DNA of 64,000 nucleotides from the human T2T-CHM13v2.0 reference genome, Homo sapiens. The translations under genes were made by a program, and so were the position numbers. Position 1 is the first letter of the stretch, and every line of letters begins with the position of its first letter. The notes below the pieces were generated by a model. It was given only the letters and a program-made list of their open reading frames with translations. It was not told where the DNA came from and did no database searches. The stretch lies in NCBI RefSeq assembly GCF_009914755.1, contig NC_060938.1; one strand, given 5' to 3'. Positions 26,456-39,669 of the stretch are shown piece by piece.

Positions 26456-27214
26456 AGGGATCTTAAAAAGACATGGAGGTCATGGTCCCTTTTCTTTTTA
26501 GGCTTTGTTTCCCTACTGGTGAATTTCTGGTTGTGGGACTATAGGTTTCTGAAGTTGGACTTTTTTTCTAAAATCACGTCTTTGCCCTGTCCCTTGCCCA
26601 TGACAGCTTGGAAGCATGTCTTCTCTTATTTTAAGCATAGCCAATACAGAAGGCCTCAATATAGGCATGGAATAGTTAAGCTAGGTGATTTTAATCATTT
26701 CACCAGGAAGAATTCTGTTTTTACCAAAGGGCTTAACATTGGATTCACTAAGATAGCCAGCTCTTCACATGAATCTATGATATGGTGAATATGGTCATCT
26801 TAAATGCAATTTTTCTGGAAGTTTGTCAATTGTATGTTAACAATATGTTAACAACAGCAATAATAATAGCAATAGCTAACTTAGATTGAGTGTGTATGAT
26901 ATGACAGCATCCTACATCATCTTCTTCAGTCTTAGAGCAAGGTATGGTTGTACTACATCTCATATATCCCATAGAAAGGCTGCAGAGAGAGAGAGTCTCT
27001 GCTCAGTTCTCAAGTCAGGTGAGTTGAGGGGGTTGAGAATATAGGACAGAAAACATGAGTTCCAGTCCTGGGCACTACTCTTACTGGTTTTTGGGTCCTG
27101 GAGCCCATTGCTTAAGCTCTTTGAACCTTGGTTTCATTTTGGAAAAAGAGAGACAGAAAGTCAAAAGTGTTTTGTGGAGTGCTGTAGGGGTGGTGGTAAT
27201 GAGGATGGTAGCTA

Positions 27215-27420
27215 GGCTAACATTTACTGAGTGTTTACCATGTACTAAGTGTGGTTGTAAGTACCATGTGTGGATTATCTCATTTAATCATCACAGTAAT
27301 TCCATGGTACTTTATTAGCTCAATTTTCCTGATAGGAAACTGAGGCACAGAGTGGTTACACAGCAACAAAGTTGTGGAACCAGGATTCTAACCCATGAGA
27401 TTTACCTACAAAGCATTCCA
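27215..27420 (-). mobile_element. MIR
   Basis: 'aacatttactgagtgtttacc...tctcatttaatcatcacag...gataggaaactgaggcacagagtggtt'. Confidence 0.85.
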
Positions 27421-28185
27421 TGTCTCTCTGTTGCTGATTGCATCAGAATTAATAACTTTAGTCCTTGCTGCTATTCTGAGCGGGCTGGTATAACCGCTTG
27501 CTTCAAGAACACTAAAAAGAGATTGGCTTCTCCAATGCATGTTGAGTCTAAGATTCCTGGGGGGATGTCTCATTTTTCCTGTCTTTACTACGTCAGCTCA
27601 TCTTAGTGGCTGCATTTGTGGCTAAGAACGTTTGGGTAGCTACGCATCCAGCTGGTTGCTGCCCAGCTAGGATGCTTGGATGATCATCCTCATTTGATCC
27701 TGTCTCTTGGGATAAATCTCAGGCTTTGGGCTTGGTGACAGTCAGATTCTCCTGCCTTAACTGAGCATTCTGTTCAAAGATCACTGTGGCTTGGAAGGAC
27801 CTTGTGTCATGCATTATTCAGAAGGGTAGACAAGCTCTGGGCCAGTGCCCAGACCTTGGAAGAATGCATCTGGTAGAGCCAAGAAAATTCAGGAAGGGGC
27901 CTCGCAGGAATTTAGCATGGTCTCCATTGCTCAAGCCATCTCTTATTTTTGGTTTGTATGGTAATACATGTATTTATTATAGGAAGAGATTTACATTCTT
28001 TTCCTTTATACTAATAACCTAAGCCAGTTTATGGGCATAGGTAGGTGGAGAAATGTAATTCATTACTGTGTAAGTGGGTCTACAGCCCATTTAGTAGGGC
28101 CATTATATATTTTTTTCCAGATAGAATTTATTTAAAGAAAATGATTTTCAAAGCTGATATTAAGTCAGATTCTGTGACAAGTACG

Positions 28186-28548
28186 CAGTGGTTCTCAACC
28201 TTGGCTGCACATTGGAATCAATGGGGAGCTTTAAAAAATTCTGATGTATGGTTCTCAGCCCCCCAGAGAGTCTGGTTTTAATTGGTCTCAGGTGTGGCCT
28301 GGGCAGTGGACGTCTTAAAGGCTCTCCAGGTGATTCTAATGTACAGCCAGGCAGGGCAGGCTTTGTGGATAAGCAACTGTGCAGTCACAGAGGGCCCCGT
28401 GCTCAGAAGGGCCCCATACTTGGCTTAATGCTCTGCCATTGGCTTCTTAAAATTCTTAATAATTTTCCAACAAAGGATTACATATTTTCCCTTTGTGCTG
28501 AGTCCTGTACATTATGAAGACAGTTCTGCAGCTAGAGTTGAGCTACTG
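28186..28548. mobile_element. MER5-family MITE split by MER91A
   Basis: 'cagtggttctcaaccttggctgcacattggaatca...ctctccaggtgattctaatgtacagccagg' resumes as 'gttgagctactg' after 28536. Confidence 0.85.
28352..28528. mobile_element. MER91A hAT-Tip100 MITE
   Basis: 'cagggc...ctgtgcagtcacagagggccccgtgctcagaagggcccc...aaattcttaataatttt'; degenerate 8-bp TSD cagccagg/cagctaga. Confidence 0.85.
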
Positions 28549-29224
28549 TATTAGAACAACATCCCCATATAAGAAACACTCCTTGCATGCCAGCTGATGG
28601 TCCTCTTAGGAGCAACATGTCAATCAAGCAAAGCCCAGGAGGGTGTGGACGATGCCTTGATAATATTGTACCCTGCGGTACTTACTTTTCAAGAGACTTT
28701 GAAAAAACTGTTCCTAAGATAGTTGTTAACCTTGCTCTGAAGTACTGGTTGGGAAATACACACTTGTACTGCTAGACACAGTGCCAAGGGCCTGGTGTGA
28801 GTCTGTCTATCTAGGCGGGTCTCTCTTTCCGTGGAGGTGTTGGCAGGTGGACTCGCTGTGGTTGCCCTGCACCCTCCTGCCTTCTCCAGAACCTTATTCT
28901 GTCATCAATATCCCCCTGTCTCTCTTGAATTTTTAATCTCTCCCTTTCTTCTGGCACTTTTCCCTCACCTAAAAATAACTTTTCTCAAAGTACTATACCC
29001 TTCACCAATAAAGTTTTAGGAACAGGAGCTGCCCCTCACCAACTCCATGTCCTCATAACCATTCCTTAACTCTTTGCAGCTTAGCTCGCAACACCCCAGC
29101 TTCCTGAAAGGGCTTTCTTCAAGGCTTCTAATTCCCTCCTGATTGTGAAAATTCCTTATCTCAGACCCCATCCTGAGCTTCTCTAGGGAACTTGACAGTG
29201 TCAAATGACTTTTCCACCTTCTTA

Positions 29225-29350
29225 AAGATGCAAGTTCATGGGCCCCATCCAGGCTACTGAATTAGACCGTCTAGGGGTCGGGGTCCTTTCACTGTTTAAA
29301 AAAAAATCTATTCCAGTGATTCTTAGGCATACAAATATTTGAGACCACTG
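29225..29350. mobile_element. MER5 fragment
   Basis: 'atgcaagttcatgggccccatccaggctactgaattaga...ccagtgattctt...tttgagaccactg'. Confidence 0.7.
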
Positions 29351-29454
29351 CTTTATATATGTTTATTGAATAAATTGCACCCTAGCACTTGTAAGACTTG
29401 CTTTTAGTTTTTAACATAAGGTGTTTGCTTTGTGTCTAAGTTATGCACTACTGA

Positions 29455-29690
29455 TAGGTGGTTAAGAGTAATGATTAAAAGCATGAGCTCTGGAGCCACT
29501 CTGCCTAAATTGGAATTCCAGCTCTGTCATTTACTACCCATGTAGCCCTGGGTGCCTAGTTTCTTTATCTCCACAATGGGATAGTAATAGCGCCTACCCC
29601 ACAAGGTTATGCTAGATTTGGGTAAGTTAATACACGTAAGGTACTTAGAACAATGCCTGCACATAGTAAGGGTTCAAGAAAAGTTAGCTT
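29455..29690 (+). mobile_element. MIR
   Basis: 'aaaagcatgagctctggagcca...ccagctctgtcatttact...gtacttagaacaatgcctgcacatagtaag'. Confidence 0.85.
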
Positions 29691-30139
29691 TTAAATTGTA
29701 TATGTATGCTTTTTAAAATATATTTACATTTAAATTTTCTTTCTATTCTATTCAAAGCTAAAGTTAAGAAGATCAGTAGAGGAACTCCAAATCTGATGGA
29801 TTTCTATTTTTGGCAGCTCTCCATGTAGTTAATTGCTCCTGATGCAGTTACTTGGGAAAGTTGTCTTTTCCCTCTGAGTTTAAAGCCATAAACCTCAACC
29901 ACTTTTTCCTCAGGTACCCCAATCCACTGAGGTATATGTCATCCTCCCAACAGTGATGATGATTTCTCACCCCAGTGGTTCTCAGCTGATGCTCCTCAGC
30001 CAACTTGGATTCACTGATTTATGATCATCTATGATATTACAGAGAGCCTGGTAGTGTTGGGTTAATTTTAACATGGCCAATAAGAAAGCATTCAAAGCTG
30101 GAGAATGAATAACTGTAACTGAATCTTAGCCCTTTCTGA

Positions 30140-30300
30140 ACTAACCACTTTAGGATCACTGGGCTGTTACAAAAAATACCAGTAGCATCCAGGTCCCACC
30201 CCAGATCAATGAAATAAAAATCTCTGGGCATGGGTCCTGATACAGGTATATATCAAAAGCTTCCTGAATGATTCTAAAGTGCAATCAGAGTTGACAGTCA
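30140..30300. mobile_element. MER5 fragment
   Basis: 'ccaggtcccaccccagatcaatgaaataaaaatctctggg...aagcttcctgaatgattctaaagtgca'. Confidence 0.7.
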
Positions 30301-32039
30301 TTGATGTAGAGTAAGACATAAGATTCCATATTGGTAAGGAAGGAATGGGACTAAGTTTCTTGGGAAAAGGAACAAGCCCTGTATCTGTTGACCAGTACAA
30401 CTTGCTTAGATAAAGTGGCCCAAATATATTGAAAGAGAATAGTCTGCAAGGGGCCAAGAGGGAGATGCAGATGAAATGGATGATTTAATGGGTCATCTCT
30501 CCTGTAGTTAATTTCTCTAGATCTCTTGTGCTATATTGATTTTGTAAATAGCTATTGTCACATCTGCCCCTTCTGCCTGTGGGAACTAGTGGGTCTTAAA
30601 AAATTGAATTGGGTGAGAGTGTAGATTAATCAATACCAAGATTTATTGACTCGGGACATTTATATTAACTGTTGTGAAGTCAAGAATAATTTGAACCTTT
30701 TCAATACTTCATTAAGTGGCATAGTGTATTATCTATGGTGTATTTTGAAAGTATCCTTCCTGGATTTGGTACAGCTCTCACCTCGACTTCCTAAAACGGC
30801 TCCCTTTATTTGTCAAGCTATTAGGATTTATATTATAATAGGAATCACATCAAGGTACTTTTCAAAGGCTAAGTAAAAATCATAAGAAGAAACTATAGTT
30901 TCTGCTTGCTCATAACTTCTTTCAGATTCCTCCTTTTGAAACACATTTTTTTTTTTTCAACTGGGGTTAGGTTTTCAGTGAGATCAAATTCAGGCATGGG
31001 AACTAGAGATACGCATATCTTAAAATTTTGTTCTTTGTGGAATATTTGCCTATTGCACTTTAAAAAGTCAACAACTACTTTGTTTAATTAAATAATTAAT
31101 GCCTCTCCTTTTTACAAGAAGGAGTTACATCATCTTTTTCCAAAGGGCATAAATTAGAACACTTCAGACACAACCTGTTCTTAACAGGGATGTTTTTCAT
31201 ATCTATTAAGAAGGAAATAATTTTGAGTTGTATAGTCATGGTGAGAAAGATATATCAATAATTATTAACTTATCCTATCTCTTTTGGTGCTCTTATAAAA
31301 AATTGCATAAATCTATAAGAATTTGGTTTTGTTTTAGGGATATGGTTCATGGCTATCAGCTAGATCCAAGCTCACTGTTTTCCCTAGGAACAGTACACAT
31401 GACTTTGGACTTGGTAAGCAGCTCTTAAGACCCTCTAAAATGATGAAAAGATGCTATATTCACATGAAGGATTGTGGTAGTGGGGGATACTGTTGAGGGA
31501 CACGTTTTGGTTGTTTCTTCAAGAGCAGAGTACCACAATATAAGGTGTGGAGAGCCAGGTTGCTTAGGCATGGCTTGAGTCCATAGGTATTGCATGAGAA
31601 AAGTTAGATTGGTTCTAATGATTTGCACCAAGTGAGTCCTCTTTGTTGATAAAGAAGTAAGATCCTATTGTCAATCTGCCAGGCCTCCTGTCTTCCTCTT
31701 TGCCCTTCACCCACCTCATTTAGGGAATCCTTGAGTCGGGAAGGTCATTCCTGCTGCAGGCTGCCAGCTGCCTACCTGCCCTTCTTCCAGCCTGGCCCGG
31801 TTTGTTGCTTTGTTTTCACTGCTCATCATCTGTGACTTCTTGGCAAAGTCTTGCAGGGCGTGAGCATCCACTCTGCATGGCCCGTCATGAAGCACTCCTC
31901 TAACCTCTGATGTAGGTAAGCACTTGCCAAGCCTAGCTCTTAAGTACTTGGCAAATGATAGCTATGCCTCATTTATTTCCTTTTAAAGATGGGCTAAGCA
32001 AGGGCAAAAAGAGTGATTAATGATTGTGAAGAAGAGAAC

Positions 32040-32260
32040 TTTTTATTGAGAACCTATGACATGCTAACTCCTGGATTCTATCAGGTATAGCTGCTGTTTC
32101 ATTAAATTATCATAAAGATGACACAAAGTAGCTATTATTATCCCCACTTTAGTTATGATAAGACTGAGGCACATACAGGTTGATTAAATTACTCATACAG
32201 TTAGTCAATGTCAGAACCTCAACTTGAACTCAGCCCTGACTTCCAAACCCATTGCAGTGC
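32040..32260 (-). mobile_element. MIR
   Basis: 'ctattattatccccacttt...gataagactgaggcacatacaggtt...gaactcagccctgacttccaaaccc'. Confidence 0.75.
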
Positions 32261-33049
32261 TCCACTCAGGTCTTTCCTATTCGGCCCATGATAAGGTGCT
32301 ATCTGGCTGGAGAATCTGCTGTGTGTTCTGTCCTCTGAGTGCCTAGGGAGGCTTGCTCTTCCATGCATCCACTGTGAACTTACCTTCTCAAGGCTCCTGA
32401 TTAAGGGCATACGATTCTGAAATCATCTAGGGCTTCTCTTATCCTGTGTTGTCCTAAGCTGCCCTCATGATTTTCCTGGAGGATAAAATGCTCATCAGAT
32501 AAAATGCTTATTGTTTTTGAGAACCTCCCTTCTCAAATTCTTGTGAAGATTTCCTCTATGGAGCCCTCATGTGGCCCACTCAAGCCAGGGCTCTCAGGAG
32601 CCTCTTCTCCCACAACGCTTTATTCTTTCTGAAATACAAGGACTATGTTGACTTCACCAAAGGGATAGTCAGGTCGCACCTGGATATCATAACTTGTAGC
32701 CCTGGGGCCTTGTCACCAGTCATACTGCCTGCCAGTCACCATCTTTAGCATGTGTATGTACTTGAGTGGGTAAGATAGGCTTTTATTTCTTTTATGATTT
32801 GCCTCAGGACAAATCAAAGAGAGCTTCACTAATAACTTGTAATGTTACTCGGAAAAGAGACCAGGGCTTCTAGCCCATGTAAAGAAGTAGAACTCTGGCC
32901 TTGGGATAGGTAAGGTAGGAGGCTACAGTGGGAGAGAGTTTAAGCAGAGTGACATCAGCCATTTTACTGTATGCATAGCTGGGAGGCAGATCATGGACTT
33001 CAAACTTCAAGAGTAATGGAACTTGCTGTCCAAAGCACCTGCTGAACAA

Positions 33050-34330
33050 CAGTTTCAAAAACAAGGCGTGCCTATTGCAGGGTTCCTAGGTGCTAAAACT
33101 TCCACTTATTTTATAATGAAAAAGAAAAATTTTAAGATGAATATATTTTTACCTATTTTTATATGTGGATTGACACTGGCATTTTCAAATAATCTGATGT
33201 CAGATGTATACATGTGTCAGATGGATACATGTGTCATACGTATCCTGAAAGGAGGGCATGTTTGATGTCAGTACTTTCATATGTTCATTGGCCTTCAGTG
33301 AACTGGCACTCGTCACGTTTTAGTTGTGCCTAGGTAAATGGATTTATGTGTCAGGTGATCTAATTTTCATGAAACAACATCCACAAAACAGACAGGTGTC
33401 TTATACAAACTCCCAAAGAAACTGTGGGTGGAGGAGAAACCAGCACTGTATGAGAGCAACAATGAAGTGGCCGAGCTGTCACTTCTCCTGATTTGAGTTC
33501 TTTGTCCAGCCACATTCCACGGTGAAAACACTAAAGGTACGTTCAGAACCGATACAAACTCATCCACCACAAATATCAAGAAGACCATTTGAAATATAAA
33601 TTTGTTTTCACTATTGTTAATGATTAACCTTTCCCTAAGTTCCACTGTACCTGGAAATGTTGCCTAGTAATGCAATGGAACCAACAGGATTAGCAAGACA
33701 TTAAAAAAAATTAATCTACATCTCATTCTTTTTACATTTTATATTTTGATGTAGGTTTTATAGTTAATGTAATGTTGCAATAGATCATGTACATGATTTA
33801 TAAATTTATATATATATGTTATTTGAGCAGGCTCTGTATATTTTTTTTGGAATAGGTCATATATATATATAATATACACAAACAATTTTTAACTGATGTG
33901 GATGTGCATTAGTTGGGGAAGACCAATTGCTTTAATAAATGACACCAAGATCTACTGGTTTAACAAAACAAAGGTTTATTTGTTGCTCACATCTTGACCC
34001 AGTACAGGTCAGCTGAGCAGAGTAAGGCTTTACTCCATGCAGACATTCAGATCCTAGATTCTTTCATCTACTGTCTCTGTCATGCCTCCAGCTGACAAAT
34101 GAAAAAACAGAATGTGGAAGATAAGGTTTTGCAGGCCAGATCTGGAAGTAGCTATATCACTTCTGCTCATATTCTATTGGCTAGAACTCAGTCATGAGCT
34201 CATTCTCAACTGCAGGGAAAGCCGGGACATGTTGACCGGCTATGAGTCCAGTAGGTAAAGAAAAACTGTTTGGAGAACAATTTGCCAGTCTTGATCAGAG
34301 TGGAAGATGAAAAAAATGTGGAGACTAATT
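33050..34330. mobile_element. Degraded hAT-Charlie (Charlie4-like) element, interrupted by MLT1
   Basis: Subterminal 'gtacatgatttataaat...aacaatttttaactgat' and terminal 'gatgaaaaaaatgtggagact' after the LTR; family assignment tentative. Confidence 0.45.
33903..34297 (-). mobile_element. MLT1 (I/J-like) LTR
   Basis: 'ggtttaacaaaacaaaggtttatttgttgctcac...ggccagatctggaagtagc...tcacttctgctcatattctattggctagaactcagtcatg'. Confidence 0.8.
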
Positions 34331-34399
34331 TGCTCATATGAGGTTGAAAACTCAAGGATAGAATATTGTCGTTAGAATTTGATGTACTGAAGTTTGTTC

Positions 34400-34580
34400 A
34401 TAAATCTAACAAATGTTTACTGAGTATCTATTATATGCCAGGCACTCTTCTTGGCTCTGGAGATGTAGCAGTGAACAAAACAGATACAAATTTCTACCAA
34501 GAATCTTATGTTTGAGAGGGTACCCCGAATGAAAGAGGAGCAACCAAGAGTGGAGAAAAGCGTAAAATATAATGTTTGGG
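34400..34580 (-). mobile_element. L2 3' end
   Basis: 'aacaaatgtttactgagtatctattatatgccaggcactcttcttggctctggagatgtagcagtgaacaaaacaga'. Confidence 0.85.
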
Positions 34581-34604
34581 AAAGTTGCTTTGATTTGAAC
34601 CAAG

Positions 34605-34850
34605 TGGCTTAAAACTATGAACTCAGACAGATCTGGCTTTATATACTGGTTTTGATAGTCACCTAATTGCTGTGTGATCTTTTAGCCAGTTATCTAACCT
34701 CTCAAGCCTCAGTTTCTTCCTCTGTAAATGGGGATAATGATAGTGCTTATCACATAAGGATGTTTTGAGAATTAAGTAAAGAGATTAAACATAAAGTACT
34801 TAGTACAGTACCCTAACACAGACTCAGCTCTCAGTAAAAGCTAGCTATTA
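34605..34850 (+). mobile_element. MIR
   Basis: 'gctgtgtgatcttttagccagttatctaacctctcaagcctcagtttcttcctctgtaaatgggataat'. Confidence 0.9.
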
Positions 34851-35168
34851 TAATACCACCAATAAATAGTAACAATTATTAAGAAAGATGATTCCATTTC
34901 CCATGCAGGTTACCTGGGCTAATGGTGTGTCCAACTGAGGTAGCTCTGAGAGAGCTTTCTGTCTCTGTCTCTTTTGGCCGCCCAGATGGTTATCAGGTCA
35001 TTATTGTGCTTGATATTTAATTTTTTAATTAAAGTGCACATTTAATAAAAAATTTGTGTTTAAAATTAGTGCCCATCTGCTGAAAATATTAGAACTTATA
35101 GAAAAACATAAAAGAAGTAATTTCCCATAATTCCACTATTCAGACACAATGACTTTTAGCATGTTGGC

Positions 35169-35514
35169 TGTATTAGTTTGCTTTCATGCTGCTGATAAAG
35201 ACATATCCATAAGACTGGGAAGAAAAAGAGTCTTATGGCTGGGGAGGCCTCACAATTACGGTGGAAGGCAAAGAGGAGCAAGTCACATCTTACATGGATG
35301 GTGGCAGGCAAAGAGAGAGAGCTTGTGCAGGGAAACTCCCATTCTTAAAACTAATAGATCTTGTGAGACTTATTCACTATCATGAGAACAGCATGGAAAA
35401 GACCCACCTCCATGATTCAATTACCTCCCACTGGGTTCCTCCCATAACAGGTGGGAATTGTGAGAGTTACAATTCAATATGAGATCTGGGCGTGGACACA
35501 GCCAAGCCATATCA
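35169..35514 (-). mobile_element. THE1 (B/C) solo LTR
   Basis: 'tgtattagtttgctttcatgctgctgataaagacat ... ggacacagccaagccatatca'; 5-bp TSD ttggc/ttggt. Confidence 0.95.
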
Positions 35515-37071
35515 TTGGTGTATTTCCTTACTGTCTTTAATCTGCATAGGCTCAAGAGTGAGCTCCTCAGCGTGGCACCAGCTCTTCAGGGATGACAATC
35601 AATGTCGTCTTTTGCCCCTTCAGAGGCCTTTAGTGAAGAGGTTCTCTGTAGCAATAAGGGCAGCTCTATAATCAATCCAATAGACTCATTGCCCACTCTC
35701 TGATTCTCATTCCTGATGCTCTCTGATTATACAATTTCAGCTACTTTATTTTAAATGTGCTGGAAACTTCTGTTCTCTGAATACTAACTAGGGTTTTTCT
35801 GCTGGTTCTGTGCTTCTGGGCAATTGGTGGAACCAGGTGCACTCATAAAAATGTGCATCTCTCAAAAAACAGAGGTATAGTTTTCTGGCTTTTTCTTGCT
35901 TAGTCTGTGGTTGTCTAAAACTTGCACTGGGCTGTGGGACTAGGTATGAAAGGAGAAAAATAACACCACCAAGAAAACCTGCATTGTCCCTTGGAAGTTA
36001 CTAATTTCCATGAGCTAAATTAAAAAATCAATCAATCAATTAATCAATCTTCATCTTTTGAGGAATGAAGCAGCCCAATACTTAACAGTGGTCTGATAGT
36101 GACCTTATTCTCATCCTCCAGTAATACTGATTATATGCTTACAATTCACAAGCAACCAGCATTTATTTGCATGTCACCTACTCTGCTGACCCTGTGTGTG
36201 AGGTCTTTCTCATGTATGTGCCATTATCTCCTAAGACAAACAGAGACCACAGGATAGAGGATTTTGTTCCCTTGGAATCAAACCTGCCTTTGGGAAGGAC
36301 TTTTTGGGGGAGAGATTTTAAGAAAAGTTTTGGAGAAAGAAAGAAAAGAATAAGCTGGCAACTGTGCCTTGGGAGCTCCTTGGCATTTTTCTGAATCTGA
36401 TTCTGATTTCATTTAGATTTCCCCTATCTGAGCTGAAGTTTACTTTTGCTTCTCAAAGGCTTGCTTCCAGGGTCTGGATAATGCAAATTGATAATGTAAA
36501 CAAAGCTGTGGGAGAAAGATGGGTACTTATTGTAATACTTTAAAGACAAATATTTCCTTCATTTCTATCACTAACTAGGTTTTCAACAAAAGTCTGGGGG
36601 ATGACTTTAAAAGGCCTGGTAATTGCTTATTGCTTACAAACAATTCATATGCTAATTGAAAGCTGCTCCTATCTATTCATTGAAGCCCTTACTTCAAAAA
36701 TTTTACTAATGCTTTGGCAGTTTTAGCAACGGGAAAGTAAGAAAACTACCGTTTAAAATGCCATTATTTAGTCTTTTTACTAAATTAGGCTGGCCTTCCT
36801 TATCCCCTATCCCATTAAGCTTGCTTGAAGATTTTATAATTGAACATGCAAAGTGAAACATGTTTTACACAGAGAAAAATTCAAGAGCATTTAAAAACAA
36901 TGTAGAAAGTAACTGCAGTTACTGAGGTATGGAGCGTGGAAATAAATTTTACTTGCAGGCGCAACACCAGATTGTGGCCAGGGTTGTCTGGGGTTAAACG
37001 TGGGTGCCCTGGTGGGATTTTATTTCTATCATGTACATGTTTTATAAAATGGGATGTAAAAAATTGGAGAT

Positions 37072-37354
<283 letters not shown>

Positions 37355-38679
37355 AAAAACTGGAGATGTAAAAATTCCATGGGTGTGGCCACATGCTATG
37401 GATTTAGACAATATTAAACTGTTGTGAATTCTTAAGTCTGTAAGAATGGATTTATGAGGTTTTAAGGGGTCCTAAGAAAGACTTACAATATGGTCATGAG
37501 AGGTCACATCCTGACCACTAGAACTCCTAGTTTAGCTGAGAGGCAGGGTTGCCGAGTGAACACCATTTGTCTGTGTTCTACAAATTATTTCTTACCTAGG
37601 GTTACTCACTGGTCTTCTGGGCTGGACCAGCTCCACAGATGAATGGGAATACTCACTGAACTAGGAATCAGAGAATCATAGCTCCAGTTTTGTTTCTGTA
37701 GGTTCTTGGGTTTCTGGATTAATCGCTTAATATGGGCATCTAAATTTATCTACCTGTGAAATGAAATTGCTAAGGTTTACTCTATGAACCTCAGAAGGAT
37801 TTTAAGCATCAGTCTTCATCTCCATTTTATAAATGAGAAAAATAAGGCTCAGAGAGATTAAATCATATATCCAATGCAAGTGGTGGAAATACCAGATGCA
37901 GTAGTGCTTTGCCAATAAAGGTTTTTGCAAAAAAAAAAAAAGATGCTATTACTATATATGTGAAGACAGCCTTCAGAATTCCAGGTATCCTAGACTTCTT
38001 TGCATGTGGTCCTATTTCCTACTTTTGGGGATTTGTTTCTTCCCAAGTGCCTCGTGTCCAATTGCTGTTCCCATCTTTTTCCCTCATCCCATGCTCTTAC
38101 CTACCTTCTCTTGGATGTGCTGCTTTGGAAAGTTTTTGGTGTTTCTAATCATGTTAATGAACTTATTCTGTGTGTTCCTTCAGTATGTATGCTCCTGGCC
38201 TCCTCTTTGTTTTTCTGACACTTGTTTAAATGGAATAGTGTATTAACCACCCTAGGCGATGTGTTTTAACAGTTACTTATTGGAAAGACTGCTTTGATCC
38301 AAGGTCTAAGACAGAGCTGTTTCTGTTTGGGAAGTCAAGGTTACATTGAGTATAGTCAGTTTATAAGCCGGTGTAGCTTCTGGTAGAGAAGAGGGTCTCA
38401 CTTTGCTGCAGAGCTTAATTAAATGTTATTAATGATGTAATGAGACTGGGTCAAAGAAGAAGAATGTGTAAGCAAAAGCCAAAGACACTGTGGAAAAAGT
38501 GAAACTCAATAATCCCAAGTGGCAAATTTTAAGATCAGCTGGAGAGGGATTCTATATACTCATTAGCCTGGTTAAAAAAAAAAAAAAAAAGATTAACCTT
38601 ATTTGTCTGCTCAAGTTAAATATATTACCAAGAATGGCAAATTAGGGTATTTGAGGTCCGTCTTTTTCCCTGGTCACTG

Positions 38680-39270
38680 CTCATTTATCACCAATCCAGC
38701 CAATGCCACTTACTGAAGATCTGTCATAGTCATTCCCTCCTTTCCAGCCACAATGCCAAGGCTGAGATCATGCCACTATCCTATCTCCCCTTGTCTCCTC
38801 ACACATTTCCTTGTCCCCAGTCCATGCTTACTCCAATCATTCCAACGTAGTGATCTGGAACCCAAACCCAGCTTTCTGGCCTCAACTCTTGAAATCCACC
38901 CAATGTTGCCCATGCACCAGCCACACAGAATTTCCCAATTTTACTGAGACACTTTTTTTTTTTTTTGAGTGCTGCATACTGTTTCCTCTTGAAATGTCCT
39001 TTGGCCTCTGTTTGGTAGATGCCTCTTCATCCTTCCAGATATTGCTCAAATATTAGTTACTTCTTTAGGATACTTTCCTTGAAATAGTTGAAGAATTCTT
39101 TAAACTTTTACTTCATTTGTGATAGCACTTATATAAGGTTGTATCATTATTTGTTTTATTTGTCTTTACTCATCTCTAGACTCTAAATCTTTCCTAGTAC
39201 ACATCATAATGCCTACTAAAAAGCCAGTGTCTCTTGACTGAATGAATACATGAACATGTGAATGAATGGT
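38680..39270 (+). mobile_element. Degraded L2
   Basis: Pyrimidine-rich L2 body; 'ctagactctaaatct...' and tail 'ttgactgaatgaatacatgaa...gaatgaatg'. Confidence 0.65.
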
Positions 39271-39669
39271 GAACAATGTCAATTTTATACCACTCTAATA
39301 CTTTGAGCAATGCCAATTATATTGTTATTGCCATACTAAATTTAAAGTCTGTGATCTTTACATATAAGAAGAGGAAGGTAATGGGAAGGGTGAAAATCAC
39401 TGGTCTAACTTGTTTAAGTATGGATGTCTAAGATTGAACTTCACTGTAAGCTTTGGAAACAATGCTTACAAGCCTGACAATAATGGTCTTGATGGATGAA
39501 GCTGTTTCTACATTGTGTGGTAAGGGCATTAGTCAATGAAAGAATTAATTCATCAAACTACAGAGTACCTGTGTGATACTAGTGTGAATACAAAAAAGTA
39601 GATTAACCTGATTTTCCAAGAGCTTATATGTATCTGGGAAGCAATATTTACCAAAATGATGAATACTTG

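Noticed and set aside
26258-26788. Longest ORF (176 aa)
   Set aside because: Starts at a non-ATG codon inside an antisense THE1 LTR and runs into flank; no recognisable domain.
32375-32628. Possible minus-strand exon (acceptor cttgtatttcag, donor gtaagt)
   Set aside because: No convincing reading frame or other support; such site pairs are common by chance.
26076-35514. Two same-orientation THE1 LTRs ~9 kb apart as the ends of one provirus
   Set aside because: Each has its own 5-bp TSD (agggg/aggga and ttggc/ttggt), they differ substantially, and no THE1 internal sequence lies between them.
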